This document shows positions 1 to 16,281 of a DNA stretch of 64,000 nucleotides, one piece after another. Made by a program: the position numbers and the translations under genes. Position 1 is the stretch's first letter. Every line of letters begins with the position of its first letter. Under the pieces are notes generated by a model, which ran no database searches, was not told the DNA's origin, and worked only from the letters and a program-made list of their open reading frames with translations. This DNA is from Eledone cirrhosa (taxonomy: Eukaryota), in the NCBI GenBank assembly GCA_964016885.1, contig OZ024758.1:8680001-8744000 (forward strand), in the 5' to 3' direction.

Positions 1-1410
<1,410 letters not shown>

Positions 1411-1658
1411 GGTGATTTAACAGGGATTCCTGGTGTGTGTTTTGTTGTGTTTTTTTTTTGTCTGTGCATGCGTGTGTATGTGTGAGCATGTGTGCGTGCG
1501 TGTGTAAATGTGTGTATATACTTAATGCGTATTCATCGATGCATGGCAATGCTGCTGCTTTCTATGTATGTATGTATGAAAATATGTATGTATGTATGTA
1601 TATATATGTATATATGTATATATATATATATATATGTGTGTGTGTATATATATATATG

Positions 1659-1725
<67 letters not shown>

Positions 1726-1730
1726 GTATA

Positions 1731-1842
<112 letters not shown>

Positions 1843-1903
1843 CCTAGACTGCACGATACGTTAGATGTGTAGATGTTTTTATTTTGCCCATGGGAAACAA
1901 AGT

Positions 1904-1906
<3 letters not shown>

Positions 1907-1937
<31 letters not shown>

Positions 1938-2266
1938 TGGGAAAAGAGTGAGAGAGAGAGAGTCGGGAGAGAGGGAATGGGAAAAGAGAGAGAGAGAGAG
2001 AGAGAGCGAGAAAGAAAGAGAGAATAAAAGAAATAAATAGGGAGAGAAAGTCAGAGAGAGAAAGTCAGAGAGAGAGTCGGGAGAGAGAGAGAGAGTGGGA
2101 AATGAGAGAGAGAGAGAGTCGAAAGAGAGTCGAAAGAGAGTCGAAAGAGAGAGAGAGAGTCGAGAGAGAGAGAGGGAGAGAGAGAGAGTCGAGAGAGAGA
2201 GAGAGAGTGAGAGAGAGAGTCGAAAGAGAGAGAGAGAGAGAGAGACAGTCGAGAGAGAGAGAGAGA
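1907..2266. repeat. (GA)n-rich microsatellite with gtcga/gtcgg interruptions
   Basis: Directly visible. Confidence 0.95.
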
Positions 2267-2356
2267 ATGTTTACATGACATTATATTTGTTTGCTAATAA
2301 ATTCCAAGAAATGTCTAATATTGTTATTGTGTCACTTTTTACGTAGCTTCAGCCCA

Positions 2357-2387
<31 letters not shown>

Positions 2388-3490
2388 GGTGGTGGTGGTG
2401 GTGGCGGTGTGGCGGTGGTGGTGGTGGTGTAGTGTTGGTGGTGGTGGTGGTGGTGGTGGTGGTGGTGTAGTGGTGGTGGTGGTGGTGGTGGTGGTGTGGT
2501 GGTGGTGGTGTTGGTGGTGGTGGTGGTGGTTGTGGTGGTGGTGTGGTGGTGGTGGTGGTGGTGGTGGTGTGGTGAGGTGGTGGTGGTGGTGGTGTGGTGG
2601 TGGTGGTGGTGGTGGTGGTGTGGTGGTGGTGTGGTGGTGGTTGTGGTGAGGTGGTGTGGTGAGGTGGTGTGGTGGTGGTGGTGGTGTGGTGGTGGTGGTG
2701 GTGGTGGCGGTGTAGTGTTGGTGGTGGTGTGGTGGTGGTGGTGGTGGTGGTGGTGGTGGTGAGGTGGTGTGGTGAGGTGGTGTGGTGGTGGTGGTGGTGG
2801 CGGTGTAGTGTTGGTGGTGGTGTGGTGGTGGTGGTGGTGGTGGTGGCGGTGTAGTGTTGGTGGTGGTGTGGTGGTGGTGGTGGTGGTGGTGGTGGTGTAG
2901 TGTTGGTGGTGGTGGTGGTGGTGGTGGTGGTGGTGTAGTGGTGGTGGTGGTGGTGGTGGTGTAGTGGTGGTGGTGGTGGTGTGGTGGTGGTGGTGTTGGT
3001 GGTGGTGGTGGTGGTGGTGGTGGTGTGGTGAGGTGGTGGTGGTGGTGGTGTGGTGGTGGTGGTGGTGGTGGTGGTGGTGTGGTGGTGGTGTGGTGGTGGT
3101 TGTGGTGAGGTGGTGTGGTGAGGTGGTGTGGTGGTGGTGGTGGTGGCGGTGTAGTGTTGGTGGTGGTGTGGTGGTGGTTTTGGTGGTGGTGGCGGTGTAG
3201 TGTTGGTGGTGGCGGTGTGGTGGTGGTGGTGGTGTAGTGTTGGTGTGGTGGTGTAGTGTTGGTGGTGGTGATGGTGTAGTGTTGGTGGCGGTGTAGTGTT
3301 GGTGGTGGCGGTGTGGTGGTGGTGGTGGTGTAGTGTTGGTGTGGTGGTGTAGTGTTGGTGGTGGTGATGGTGTAGTGTTGGTGGCGGTGTAGTGTTGGTG
3401 GTAGTGTAGTGTTGGTGGTGGTGGTGTAGTGTTGGTGGTGGTGGTGGTGGTGGTGGTGGTGGTGGTGGTGGTGGTGGTGGTGGAGGTGGT
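2357..3490. repeat. Degenerate (GGT)n trinucleotide repeat
   Basis: ggt repeats with gtagtgtt and gtgag variants. The poly-H/T/P ORF is an artefact. Confidence 0.95.
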
Positions 3491-3743
3491 GCTTTCTGGA
3501 GAGAGATGTCACGTGTTGATGCCGAGTCTGTAAAAGGCGGAGTTTGGCCTCACTCGAGAAATGACACCAGACTTGAAAATATAAATATTGGGATTGATAT
3601 GATCGACCAAATAAAGACGGTTCCCATAAACATGGACACACACACACACACACACACAAACACACACACTAACACACATACACACACACACAAACACACA
3701 CACTAACACACATACACACACACACACTAACACACACACACTA

Positions 3744-3806
<63 letters not shown>

Positions 3807-4004
3807 TACACACACACACACACTAACACACATACACACATACACACACACACACACTAACACACACACACACACACACACTAACACACACTAACACACA
3901 CACACACTAACACACACACACACACAAACACACACATACACACAAACAAACACACACACACACACACACACACACTAACACACACACACACAAACACACA
4001 CACA

Positions 4005-4096
<92 letters not shown>

Positions 4097-4097
<1 letters not shown>

Positions 4098-4452
4098 TTG
4101 TATCTATCATCTTTCTGAGGTCGATATAACTGACTTTCTCTTCCCCCACAAATTGCTGGTCTTGTGTCTGTCAAAATTAGAACTCATTATTGTTTGCTTT
4201 CCAGCATAGTTACGTCCCTTTACAGTCTGAGTTCAAATCCAGCCGAGGTTAACTTTACCTTTCATCCTTACGGGGTCGATAAAATAAAGTACCAGTAATC
4301 TACTGGGTAATTGCTGGCCTTGTGCCAAAAATAGAAACAATTATTACGGGGTCGATAAAATAAAGTACCAGTAAGGTACAGGGCTCGATTTAATCTACTT
4401 TTCCATCACCGAAACATTTCTGGCATTTTGCCTAAATTAAAGACCATTATTA
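4097..4452 (+). mobile_element. Head-to-tail cluster of tRNA-derived SINE copies (octopod family with the gcctttcatccttacggggtcgataaaataaagtaccag core)
   Basis: B-box-like gagttcaaatcc, conserved core and 3' end gtagaaacaattatt shared with about 20 copies in the window. Confidence 0.88.
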
Positions 4453-4718
4453 TCTGTAGTAGTATGTCTACAAAAGATATATCCATCTTGTCACTGGGAA
4501 AATAGAACTTGTTCTCAGCACTGTAACGTAGAGATCAATTTCGTTATCTCTGAAACATACCAACCAACGAAATGTGACAACATTCTAGAACTTGTAGTAA
4601 AATAATTTTAAAATATCAATCAATATATTACTAAAGTAGAGTGGTTTGATGGCTTCTAATAAAACTTTAAATTATACCTAGTTTAATATTCGGTAAGTAT
4701 TAGAGAGGAAAGTGTATT

Positions 4719-4795
<77 letters not shown>

Positions 4796-4910
4796 AATAC
4801 ATATATTATATATATGTGTGTGTCTGTGTATAATATATATATATATATGTGTGTGTGTTTGTGTGTGTATGATCTAGTTTTCTTTTGAAAACGCCCTCAT
4901 TCTCTCTTTG

Positions 4911-4977
<67 letters not shown>

Positions 4978-5017
4978 TCTAGTTTTCTTTTGAAAACGCT
5001 CTCACTCCCTCTTTGTG

Positions 5018-5060
<43 letters not shown>

Positions 5061-5440
5061 CTGTATGATCTAGTTTTCTTTTCAAAACGCTCTCACTCTC
5101 TCTTTGTGTGTGTGTATATATATATACATACATATATATATCAGTTTCTATATGCACACACATTCGCACACATGAATATATAATGTGCATGTAACTGTGT
5201 ATATATGAATTAAAAAATATATATATATATATATTATACATAGGTGTGTATGTGTGTTAATATGTATGGGGACTTAATAGTCAATTTGATCAGATATCAA
5301 ACAGCTCATTCGTTTGCTTCAGTTTAATTAATTAGAGAATATGTATGAGGTATTCATTATGTACATGAAAGCACATCCATTCTCACACACACACATACAC
5401 ACACACATACACACAAACAAAATTTCACGCACATGTGTAT

Positions 5441-5493
<53 letters not shown>

Positions 5494-5573
5494 CATACAC
5501 AAACACGCACATAATATACATATATGTATACATACATGTATATGCGCGTGTTTGTGTGTCTATGCTATGTATG

Positions 5574-5607
<34 letters not shown>

Positions 5608-5628
5608 CATATATATATATATATATAC

Positions 5629-5663
<35 letters not shown>

Positions 5664-5700
5664 CATATATATATACATATATATACATATATATATATAC

Positions 5701-5801
<101 letters not shown>

Positions 5802-5802
5802 C

Positions 5803-5854
<52 letters not shown>

Positions 5855-6144
5855 ATATACATATATATATATATATATCATCTTAGTCTTTTCTATATAT
5901 ATTTTGGCTTGGTAAAAAAAAAAGCAGAATGATATTCTGAAATGAATTTGCCAGGACATAAAATGTCCTCCACTTTCTCTCTCTCTCACTGTCTCTCCCT
6001 CTCTTTCTTTCACTCTTTCTCTCTCTCCCCACACTCTCTGTCTCTCTCTCTCTCTCTCTCGCTCTTTATATATATTTATATATATATATACATCTATACA
6101 TACATATATACACACATATACAAACACACACACTCAAAACACAA

Positions 6145-6209
<65 letters not shown>

Positions 6210-6249
6210 CTGTTATTTTAATTAAATATATATATATATATATATATAC

Positions 6250-6420
6250 AAAATGGCTGACTGAATAAGCACGTGTGTTTTTGTCTCTTTTTTTCCGTTC
6301 CTTCCTCTTCCCAGTCTTTATCTTTGTATTTCATCTTTTACTTCTCAGTCTATCTTCCGAAACGTTAAGACTCTCTTCTTACTATATCAAGCTTTAAACT
6401 AATATATTTCTTCATGGTAC
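6250..6420 (+). mobile_element. Degenerate PLE-type terminal repeat (family F)
   Basis: aaaatggctgac...cacgtg...ttccgttccttcc...ccgaaacgtt also occurs on the minus strand at about 40040-40180, and more loosely at 24490-24680 and 41810-41990. Confidence 0.5.
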
Positions 6421-7183
6421 TGTGTTGTTTGCTTCGTTATTTCTATTTATTTCGTAGTATCGTTGAAACACTTTTCTTATTTCCTTCTTATTCGCCTCCT
6501 CTTCTTCATCTCTACTTCAATGAAGGTCTTATTCCGAAACTTCAGATTATTTTCTTTTCATTCGGCAGAAATATTGTCACCTTTTAGATTTTCGTATATT
6601 TTGTCGGCCACGTCTCTTCTTTATTTAATGAATTTGTCTTAACCTCTCACGCTCTCCAATTGTCCATGCTTCCTCCTTATTTCACTCGTTAATTTGTGTC
6701 ATTTTTACCAATTTATGTGTGGGTGTGTGTGTGTGTGCGTGTGTCTGTGTGTGTGTGTGTGTGTCTTTGCGTGTATCCGTGTATGTGTGTGAGAGAGAGA
6801 GAGAGTGTGTGTGTATGGGAGCATGCATGCGTGTATTGTCTTACTGGGGTCAATCGTTAGATTATAGCCACGGCGAGGTGCCATGTCCTCGGCTCTGACC
6901 TAACATTGACCCTATGGACTTTATCGAACTTGGATGACAAATTTGATCAGGGAAGTATTCAGAACATTAAGAGAGATAATCAACTAACACAAGATATTTA
7001 TTTTGACGCTCCACCGATTCTCAAATGTTTACCAAATAACTGTATATCTTTATACGTGTATATTAAGTAGACGGGCAGAAACACATTTTACTGGGTACTT
7101 TTTACTTATATATATTTTTTAACTATATATACTGTTTTTGTAACTATGTATCTATTCCTTTTTTAAAGCTCTATCAGTTTGAA

Positions 7184-7460
7184 GCTGACCCGCCAAGTGG
7201 TAAGTGTGTTGGACCCACAATCGTAATGTCGTGAGTTCGATTCTTTGAGTAGGTATGACGTTATAGTCTTGAGCAAAACACTTCGTTTTATGTTGCTGCA
7301 GTCCACTCAGATGAAAATCATTACCATTAATAGCTGGGGGTTAGCTATACGATGGACTTGTGTCTTGTCGGGGGAGTCGAGGAAATCGCTTAACACCACT
7401 GGAACTGTGATAAAACATCGACCTTGTGAGCTTCCGGGTTTGGAACAGACCTTAACTGTT
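7184..7460 (+). mobile_element. Second tRNA-derived SINE family (CORE/V-like), degenerate
   Basis: A-box-like ccaagtggtaag, B-box gagttcgattc, then the gtcttgagcaaaacact core-like motif. Confidence 0.6.
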
Positions 7461-7870
7461 TATACTCTATCAATATATTTAACATCTATTTGTATTTTAA
7501 TGTCCATATATACATATAAGTATATAGATAAGTGTATGTACATTCGTATGGGTGGTATACATAGACATACATACACATAAAGGGTTATATGTGCATACAT
7601 ATGAAAGTGTGACTATCTGTACAAGTGTTTGGGGTGATGGTACGGCGTGGTGGACACAGACAAACACCTTATAGATATAAATCTTATGATTGCTATGTAA
7701 GTTATATATATATAACATTTTAAATATAGTTCAGCGTTCTTGTTGACTTCCAGAAAAGATAATGTAAATGTATGTATGTATGTACTTATGTATTTGTGTG
7801 AGGGGATATATGTATGTACGTATATATGTATGAATGTATGTATGTATGTATGTATGTATGTGTGTATGTA

Positions 7871-8258
7871 TGTCAAGGCAGAATTCTAAGAGAAGGAAAA
7901 CTCTGATATAACACCTGCAACCCTGATGGTATCCAATGATGTTGACTTGTTCTTCTTTTTGGTAAATATCATCTTGGTTAAGAGAGTGGGACTGGCTTTG
8001 TGCAGTGCCTTTGCTCACTATAAAAGCTTCACGGCACAGGCATTGCTTTATATCTGGAGATCTCTCTGCACTTGTCGTCACATGGTACCATGGGCCCAGC
8101 ACTATGTGTCAATAATTGTCAAAGTGTAGTGTTTGTACCAGAGTTTTCAAGTCGTTGGCTGGACTAAAAAGTCACACTCGTTCAGCGCATCGGTAGGGGT
8201 TCTCCTACATGGATATAAAGTAGTGGCCGTACTCGAAAACGAGTTGGCAGCCACCATG
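7871..8258 (+). mobile_element. Non-autonomous RTE-type element, 5'-truncated copy (a further partial copy follows at 8269-8370)
   Basis: RTE 5'UTR-like motif aggagaaggaaaactctga joined to a C-terminal C2H2-like remnant [23 protein letters not shown] (8125-8196), with an (ATGT)n tail. Confidence 0.75.
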
Positions 8259-8644
8259 TGTGTATGTATGTCAAGGCAGAATTCTAAGAGAAGGAAAACT
8301 CTGATATAAGACCTGCAACCCTGATGGTATCCAATGATGTTGACTTGTTCTTCTTTTTGGTAAATATCATATTTATATGATATATTCATATAGAGTACGG
8401 GCTAGGTCTCTGTTTTGTCATACCTTCCTCTCTCAGAAGCCCTGCATGGTAGTATATATATATATATATATATATAGAAAGATATGTATATATGTATGTA
8501 TATATATATAGATATAGATATATATATGTATGTATAAAGATATACATGAATACATAGACACATACACGAACAGTCATTCACATCTACATAAATATATATA
8601 TAGATATATAAATATATATATATATATACATGTGTGTGTGTGTG

Positions 8645-8689
<45 letters not shown>

Positions 8690-8708
8690 ATGTGTGTGTG
8701 TGTGTGTG

Positions 8709-8764
<56 letters not shown>

Positions 8765-8782
8765 TATATATATATGTGTGTG

Positions 8783-8822
<40 letters not shown>

Positions 8823-9078
8823 TGTGGGCGTGTGGATGTATTCCTTTATTTTGCTCTTTGTGAATGTATATTTTTTTAAGTGCAAACATGCATGCAGCCA
8901 TACAAACATACATACATACACACAAACATACATATATACATACATATATACATACATACATACATACATACACACAAACATACATATATACATACATATA
9001 TACATACATACATACATACATACACACAAACATACATACATACATACATACATACACACATACATACATACATACACA

Positions 9079-9112
<34 letters not shown>

Positions 9113-9561
9113 CACACATACATACATACACACATACATACATACACATACATACATACATACATATATACATACATACATATATACACACAAACATACA
9201 TACATATATACATACATACATACATACATACACACAAACACACAAACATACATACATACATACATACACACAAACATACATACATACATACACACAAACA
9301 TACATACATACATACACACAAACATACATACATACATACATACATACATACATACACACATACATACATACATACATACATACAAACACACATACATACA
9401 TACATACATACACACATACACACATACATACATACATACATACATACAAACATACATACATACATACATACATACATACATACATACATACATACATACA
9501 AACACACATACATACATACATACATACATACACACATACACACATACATACATACATACAT

Positions 9562-10170
9562 GGTGGCTGCCAACTCGTTTTCGAGTACGGCCACTACTTT
9601 ATATCCATGTAGGAGAACCCCTACCGATGCGCTGAACGAGTGTGACTTTTTAGTCCAGCCAGCGACTTGAAAAGTCTGGTACAAACACTACACTTGTGAC
9701 AATTATTCACACACAGTGCTGGGCCCATGGTACCATGTGACGACAAGTGCAGAGAGATCTCCAGATATAAAGCAATGCCTGTGCCGTGAAGCTTTTATAG
9801 TGAGCAAAGGCACTGCACAAAGCCAGTCCCACTCTCTTAACCAAGATGATATTTACCAAAAAGAAGAACAAGTCAACATCATTGGATACCATCAGAGTTG
9901 CAGGTGTTATATCAGAGTTTTCCTTCTCCTAGAATTCTGCCTTGACAAAGGCTAAGGGGTCATCTCTCCCGGTGATTTTGGATGGCCATTGACTCTTAAG
10001 AGCTCCTTTGCCCTTTGACAGGTTTTGTTTTTAGTCCTGCAGGATGTCCAAAGTCACCCTCCTCACCAAGAAACCTTGGTGGGGTTGCCAGTTTAGTCGC
10101 CAACGACCCGACCATGGGACAGGTTGTACTGGAATACATGTTACCAGTAGCACCAACTGGTGACCTGACA
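9562..10170 (-). mobile_element. Non-autonomous bipartite RTE-type element (about 0.6 kb), longest copy
   Basis: Near-identical to 7871-8258 and 10500-11093. Its (TATG)n tail is the (CATA)n tract at about 8900-9560. Confidence 0.78.
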
Positions 10171-10499
10171 TATATACATATATACATATATACATACACA
10201 TATACATACATATATATATATATACACATATACATACACATATATATATATACATATATACATATACATACATATATATATATATATATATACATATATA
10301 CATACACATATACATACATATATACATATATATATACATATATACATACACATATACATACATATATATATATACATACATATATATACATATATACATA
10401 CACATATACATACATATATATATACACATATACATACACACATACATACATATACATACATACATATATACATACATACATATACATATATATATATAT

Positions 10500-11093
10500 G
10501 GTGGCTGCCAACTCGTTTTCGAGTACGGCCACTACTTTATATCCATGTAGGAGAACCCCTACCGATGCGCTGAACGAGTGTGACTTTTTAGTCCAGCCAG
10601 CAACTTGAAAACTCTGGTACAAACACTACACTTGTGACAATTATTGACACATAGTGCTGGGCCCATGGTACCATGTGACGACAAGTGCAGAGAGATCTCC
10701 AGATATAAAGCAATGCCTGTGCTGTGAAGCTTTTATAGTGAGCAAAGGCACTACACAAAGCCAGTCCCACTCTCTTAACCAAGATGATATTTACCAAAAA
10801 GAAGAACAAGTCAACATCATTGGAAACCATCAGGGTTGCAGGTGTTAAATCAGAGTTTTCCTTCTCCTAGAATTCTGCCTTGACAAAGGCTAAGGGGTCA
10901 TCTCTCCCGGTGATTTTGGATGGCCATTGACTCTTAAGAGCTCCTTTGCCCTTTTGACAGGTTTTGTTTTTAGTCCTGCAGGATGTCCAAAGTCACCCTC
11001 CTCACCAAGAAACCTTGGTGGGGTTGCCAGTTTAGTCGCCAACGACCCGACCATGGGACAGGTTGTACTGGAATACATGTTACCAGTAGCACC
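10500..11093 (-). mobile_element. Non-autonomous bipartite RTE-type element, tandem copy
   Basis: Direct repeat of 9562-10153. Confidence 0.78.
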
Positions 11094-11418
11094 ATACATA
11101 CATACATACAAACATACATACATACATACATACATACATACAAACATACATACATACAAACATACATACATACATACATACATACATACATACATACATA
11201 CATACATGGCTGTTGGTGGTGTGTGATAGTTGGTAAGCCAGCCATAAAGTACAGTTTTCAGTTTGGCAGACATTGCTACATAAAATATACCACAATGGCC
11301 AACTATTTCTCTTTTTTATGTTATAAACACATGTATTTTCGCTGACATACACACTTAAATACACACTCACACACACATGTCTCAAATTCATAAGCATACA
11401 ATTATTCACATTCCATGT

Positions 11419-11465
<47 letters not shown>

Positions 11466-11467
<2 letters not shown>

Positions 11468-11609
11468 ACGAAGGAAATGTGGTAAGGAACCAAATGGACC
11501 ATAACGCACCAGAGTACTCAATACTTAGGGCAGTAGACCCCGACGGCTAATTCAGTCCAGAATTAGCCGTCGAAACGGCTTGAGCTCAGCTGTCGGGGTC
11601 CTACTCGTT

Positions 11610-11611
<2 letters not shown>
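11466..11611. mobile_element. Family A (TA)n-embedded fold-back element
   Basis: Tail taacgaaggaaatgtggtaaggaacc... plus an inverted gccgtcgaaacggc...ggggtc copy, flanked by (TA)n. Confidence 0.8.
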
Positions 11612-11682
<71 letters not shown>

Positions 11683-11769
11683 ATACATATATATATAGAT
11701 AGATACATATTAATATATATATATATGGAATACTGTTAGCTTCTTGCTACAACAATTTCTATACATTTC

Positions 11770-11863
<94 letters not shown>

Positions 11864-12014
11864 TATATACACACATACACACACAAGCAAAAATATGCAT
11901 TTATATTTTTTGTTTGCCTTTCTTAGTGTGATATGTGTTTATGCCTATATTTTACATGTAATAATAATTTGAGCCATGCGATGTTTATATGGATATATAT
12001 ATAGAGATACATAG

Positions 12015-12077
<63 letters not shown>

Positions 12078-12078
12078 G

Positions 12079-12109
<31 letters not shown>

Positions 12110-12163
12110 CAAATACATACACACACACATACGCTCACATACAAACACACAAAGACACACAAA

Positions 12164-12222
<59 letters not shown>

Positions 12223-12253
12223 ATGTGTGTGTGTGTGTGTCTTTGTGTGTCTT

Positions 12254-12289
<36 letters not shown>

Positions 12290-12729
12290 AGTAATTGTAA
12301 TACCAAGGAAAATATAGACTTCGGCAAGAGATAATAGAAGAATTTATTTGCTTTAACATATGTTTCTCTGTCCATTATAATAGTCTACATATGCCGACTA
12401 CAATATACACTGTTCAATCGTATGCAATACTTAATTACACGTTTTCAGATAGCTTAAAGTTAGCTGTGGTAGGGTCCTTTCCATATGGTGTGAAATTCAG
12501 GAATGAGTTGGGTTTTATGTTGGTCGATATGCGTATATCGAAAGACGTTGGTTGCTATTTCTAGCAGGTGGAATGTCCATCTAAAGATAGTAGCCATGGC
12601 TCTAAGTTGAATCATTTGTTGGAATATATAAAATACTCAGTCGTGTAAATAAAAGGGTAAATATGTTTACTTGAAGAACATCCGCTTTCAATGTTTAGCC
12701 TAGATATGTAAGGAAACGAAATTATATAC

Positions 12730-12778
<49 letters not shown>

Positions 12779-12839
12779 TGTGAGTGAGTGTGAGAGTGTG
12801 CGTGTGTGTGTGTGTGAGTGAGTGTGTGTGTGTGTGAGA

Positions 12840-12922
<83 letters not shown>

Positions 12923-13008
12923 TGTGTAAGTGTGTGAGAGAGTGTGTGTGTGTGGGGGGGGGGTGTACACATATATGTATTGCAAGAGGCAAACAGAAAT
13001 ATATATAA

Positions 13009-13039
<31 letters not shown>

Positions 13040-13435
13040 AAAAGAAGAGGTTGGGGAGACAGGGAGGGAGGAGGGGGGGGGGGGGGCAGAGTTTTAGAAC
13101 GTTGGATAGAATACTTTGCGATATTTGTTCCTACTTTGAGTGCTAGGAGTTCAAATCCCACTTAGGTCAACTTTGACTTTCACACTTTCAAGACAGATGA
13201 AAAAGAAGTCAATTGTTTATTTATATCTTTTTCTCACTTCCTTCTCTGGAAGAAATCTGCTGGGAAGGGATCAGCTCCGCCAGGTTTAACATGCTCATGG
13301 CATATGTCTCTACCATTCCGTCGGGAGTTACGGCCTCCATGTATATGTATATGTGTGTGCGTGTGTGTTAGTGTGTGTGTGCGCGTGTGAGAGAGAGAGA
13401 GGGAGGGATAGAGAGTGTGTGTATGTGTGTTGACG

Positions 13436-13493
<58 letters not shown>

Positions 13494-13535
13494 TATAATT
13501 CAAAATTAAAAGATATATATATATATATATATATA

Positions 13536-13665
13536 GGAACGTCAAAACGGCTTGAGATCAGCCGTCGGGGTCCTACTCGTTCCTATTACCCACTCTACTA
13601 CCCTAAGTATTGAGTACTTTGGTGCGTTATGGTCCATCTGGTTCCTTACCACATTTCTTTCGTTA
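13536..13665 (+). mobile_element. Family A element copy
   Basis: aaacggcttgagatcagccgtcggggtc...ctttcgtta between (TA)n tracts. Confidence 0.8.
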
Positions 13666-13789
13666 TATATATATATATATATAGTACCAGTAATGTACTG
13701 AGTAATTGCTGGCCTTGTGCCAAAAGTAGAAACAGTTATATATATATATAGCGAGAGAGAGAGTGAGTGAGAGAGATAGATAGATAGAC

Positions 13790-13827
<38 letters not shown>

Positions 13828-13927
13828 GGGGGGGCGGCATATATCCAAGAGAATACACAATATATTGTATATATCAAAGCTCATATTTAAATAAAAAAAG
13901 AATATGTACTCTAGACGGAACGAATAA

Positions 13928-14058
13928 CATTCGTGATAGCGCTATTTCATACATTGTAGAGCCGCAACCTAAAATCGATCTATGTAATCGATCATCGATC
14001 ACAAACTATCTATTTTGGTTAAGTTACGGTGGACGCAAGACAATCATCAGAGGAAGTG
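13928..14058 (-). ncRNA. Degenerate type I hammerhead ribozyme with extended stem II
   Basis: Minus strand reads cacttcct-CTGATGA-[ccgtaacttaa/ttaggttgcgg stem]-GAAA-TAGCGCTA (palindrome)-TC-acgaatg. Stem I is imperfect. Confidence 0.5.
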
Positions 14059-14202
14059 CTTTGTCTATATACTATATCTTGTGTTTTCATTTATATATCT
14101 TTTAATTTTGAATTATTATCTCTCTGCACAAAGTCATCTATTGAGAATCACAAAATTCAAACATACTTAACATGTTTTGATACCTCACATTATATACACA
14201 CA

Positions 14203-14330
<128 letters not shown>

Positions 14331-14333
14331 TAG

Positions 14334-14386
<53 letters not shown>

Positions 14387-14389
14387 TAG

Positions 14390-14424
<35 letters not shown>

Positions 14425-14513
14425 CATATATACATACAAATATATATATATACATATATATATATATGTACACATATATACATATATATACATATATATA
14501 TATACATATTTAT

Positions 14514-14547
<34 letters not shown>

Positions 14548-14605
14548 AAGAGTTAAACAACATTCAATGAGTATATCAAAGAATGAGCTTTACAGTAGAT
14601 TGGAA

Positions 14606-14656
<51 letters not shown>

Positions 14657-14723
14657 GTCTCCAAAAATGTACACACACTTCAGCACCATTTTAATAAATA
14701 TTGCCTGTATATGAACACATATG

Positions 14724-14754
<31 letters not shown>

Positions 14755-15030
14755 CTGTGTGTGTGTGTGTGTGTGCGTGTGCGTGTGTGTGTGTGTGTGG
14801 TAAATGTTTACATGGCAGACGTTCGTATGATAACAGGGTTTCATTAGCCGTAGTTAATTAATTCTGCTCTGATTCTAATCAGTCGCTCACCCACTGAGTC
14901 ACCAAATATCTACAGCTCGGAATTGCCGCTCAATTAATATAGCACGGTTTCAACTTATCTCAATATCTATTTCTATATTTATTCACTCTTCTGTATGTAT
15001 GTCTATTGGAATACCTGCCGATACGCGCGC

Positions 15031-15062
<32 letters not shown>

Positions 15063-15285
15063 ATATATGCATGCATACGCATATATGTGTGTGTGTATAT
15101 ATAACCTCACACGCCCGGTCCCCTGTATCAAGACAAGAAAAGTAGACCATTTCCAAATTTAAAGGTGTTTTGTAATATTTCATTGTTCTGTAGGTTTACC
15201 GTCTGAGGAGCTCAGGCTGTCATAACTGATAGTCCTTCGGATTCTAATAAACCAAAACTAAATGAATATGGCTTCGGATTTTTAT

Positions 15286-15359
<74 letters not shown>

Positions 15360-15435
15360 GTATGTATATAAATGGTTGTCCATTTCGCATTGTCGTGGCC
15401 TTCAAACTTCACACACACATACACACACACACACT

Positions 15436-15486
<51 letters not shown>

Positions 15487-15693
15487 GTACAAAGATATTT
15501 ACGACAGTTTCGTGATATTTAAAATCATAATCAAGATGTTTACAAACAGTTTAATGTGTTATATAATGTTAGTATTAAATACCGCGTTATTTAAATGAGA
15601 TAATGTGGTTAGATAACGTTATTTCAAAGGAAATGAGACGGAAATGAACGGCACCCCAAGAAAAACACATACATACACAACACGCAGCATATG

Positions 15694-15737
<44 letters not shown>

Positions 15738-15740
15738 TAT

Positions 15741-16042
15741 AACTCAGAGCTGTATGGGAGCATCCCAAAAGTCAGCTCAAAAGTGACACAGAGGAGACTG
15801 AGGTTAGCTGGACATGCTCACCCGACATCCAGAGTTGACATTGCACTCAGTGCTCCTGTGGGAGCCCCTACATGGACACACTAGAAGAGGAAGACCAAGG
15901 TTAACGTATGTTGATGCCCTAAGGAGAGACACTGGTCTGTTGGAGACGCAGGACATGGCAGCGATAATGAGGGACAGAGACCGCTGGAGAGAACTCGTCC
16001 ATGGATCTCGGGAATTTTACCCGCCTTAGATAGATAGATAGA
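15741..16042 (+). mobile_element. RTE/RTE-X clade LINE 3' fragment (RT C-terminus) with (TAGA)n tail
   Basis: NSELYGSIPKVSSKVTQRRLRLAGH, a frameshift, then RHPE...LLWEPLHG...[17 protein letters not shown]...RDRDRWR, typical RTE C-terminal motifs. Confidence 0.88.
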
Positions 16043-16069
16043 CATATATATACACACACACACACACAC

Positions 16070-16142
<73 letters not shown>

Positions 16143-16215
16143 TATATATGTGTGTGTATATGATAAACTCGTATAAGCGCCTGAAGAAACCTATCAATTT
16201 GATGCCTTGTATACT

Positions 16216-16281
<66 letters not shown>

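Noticed and set aside
14652-14700. Tc1/mariner-like terminus (tagggtgtctccaaaaatgtacac; similar at about 39900-39933 minus)
   Set aside because: Short and degenerate, 25 kb apart, with no transposase remnant seen.
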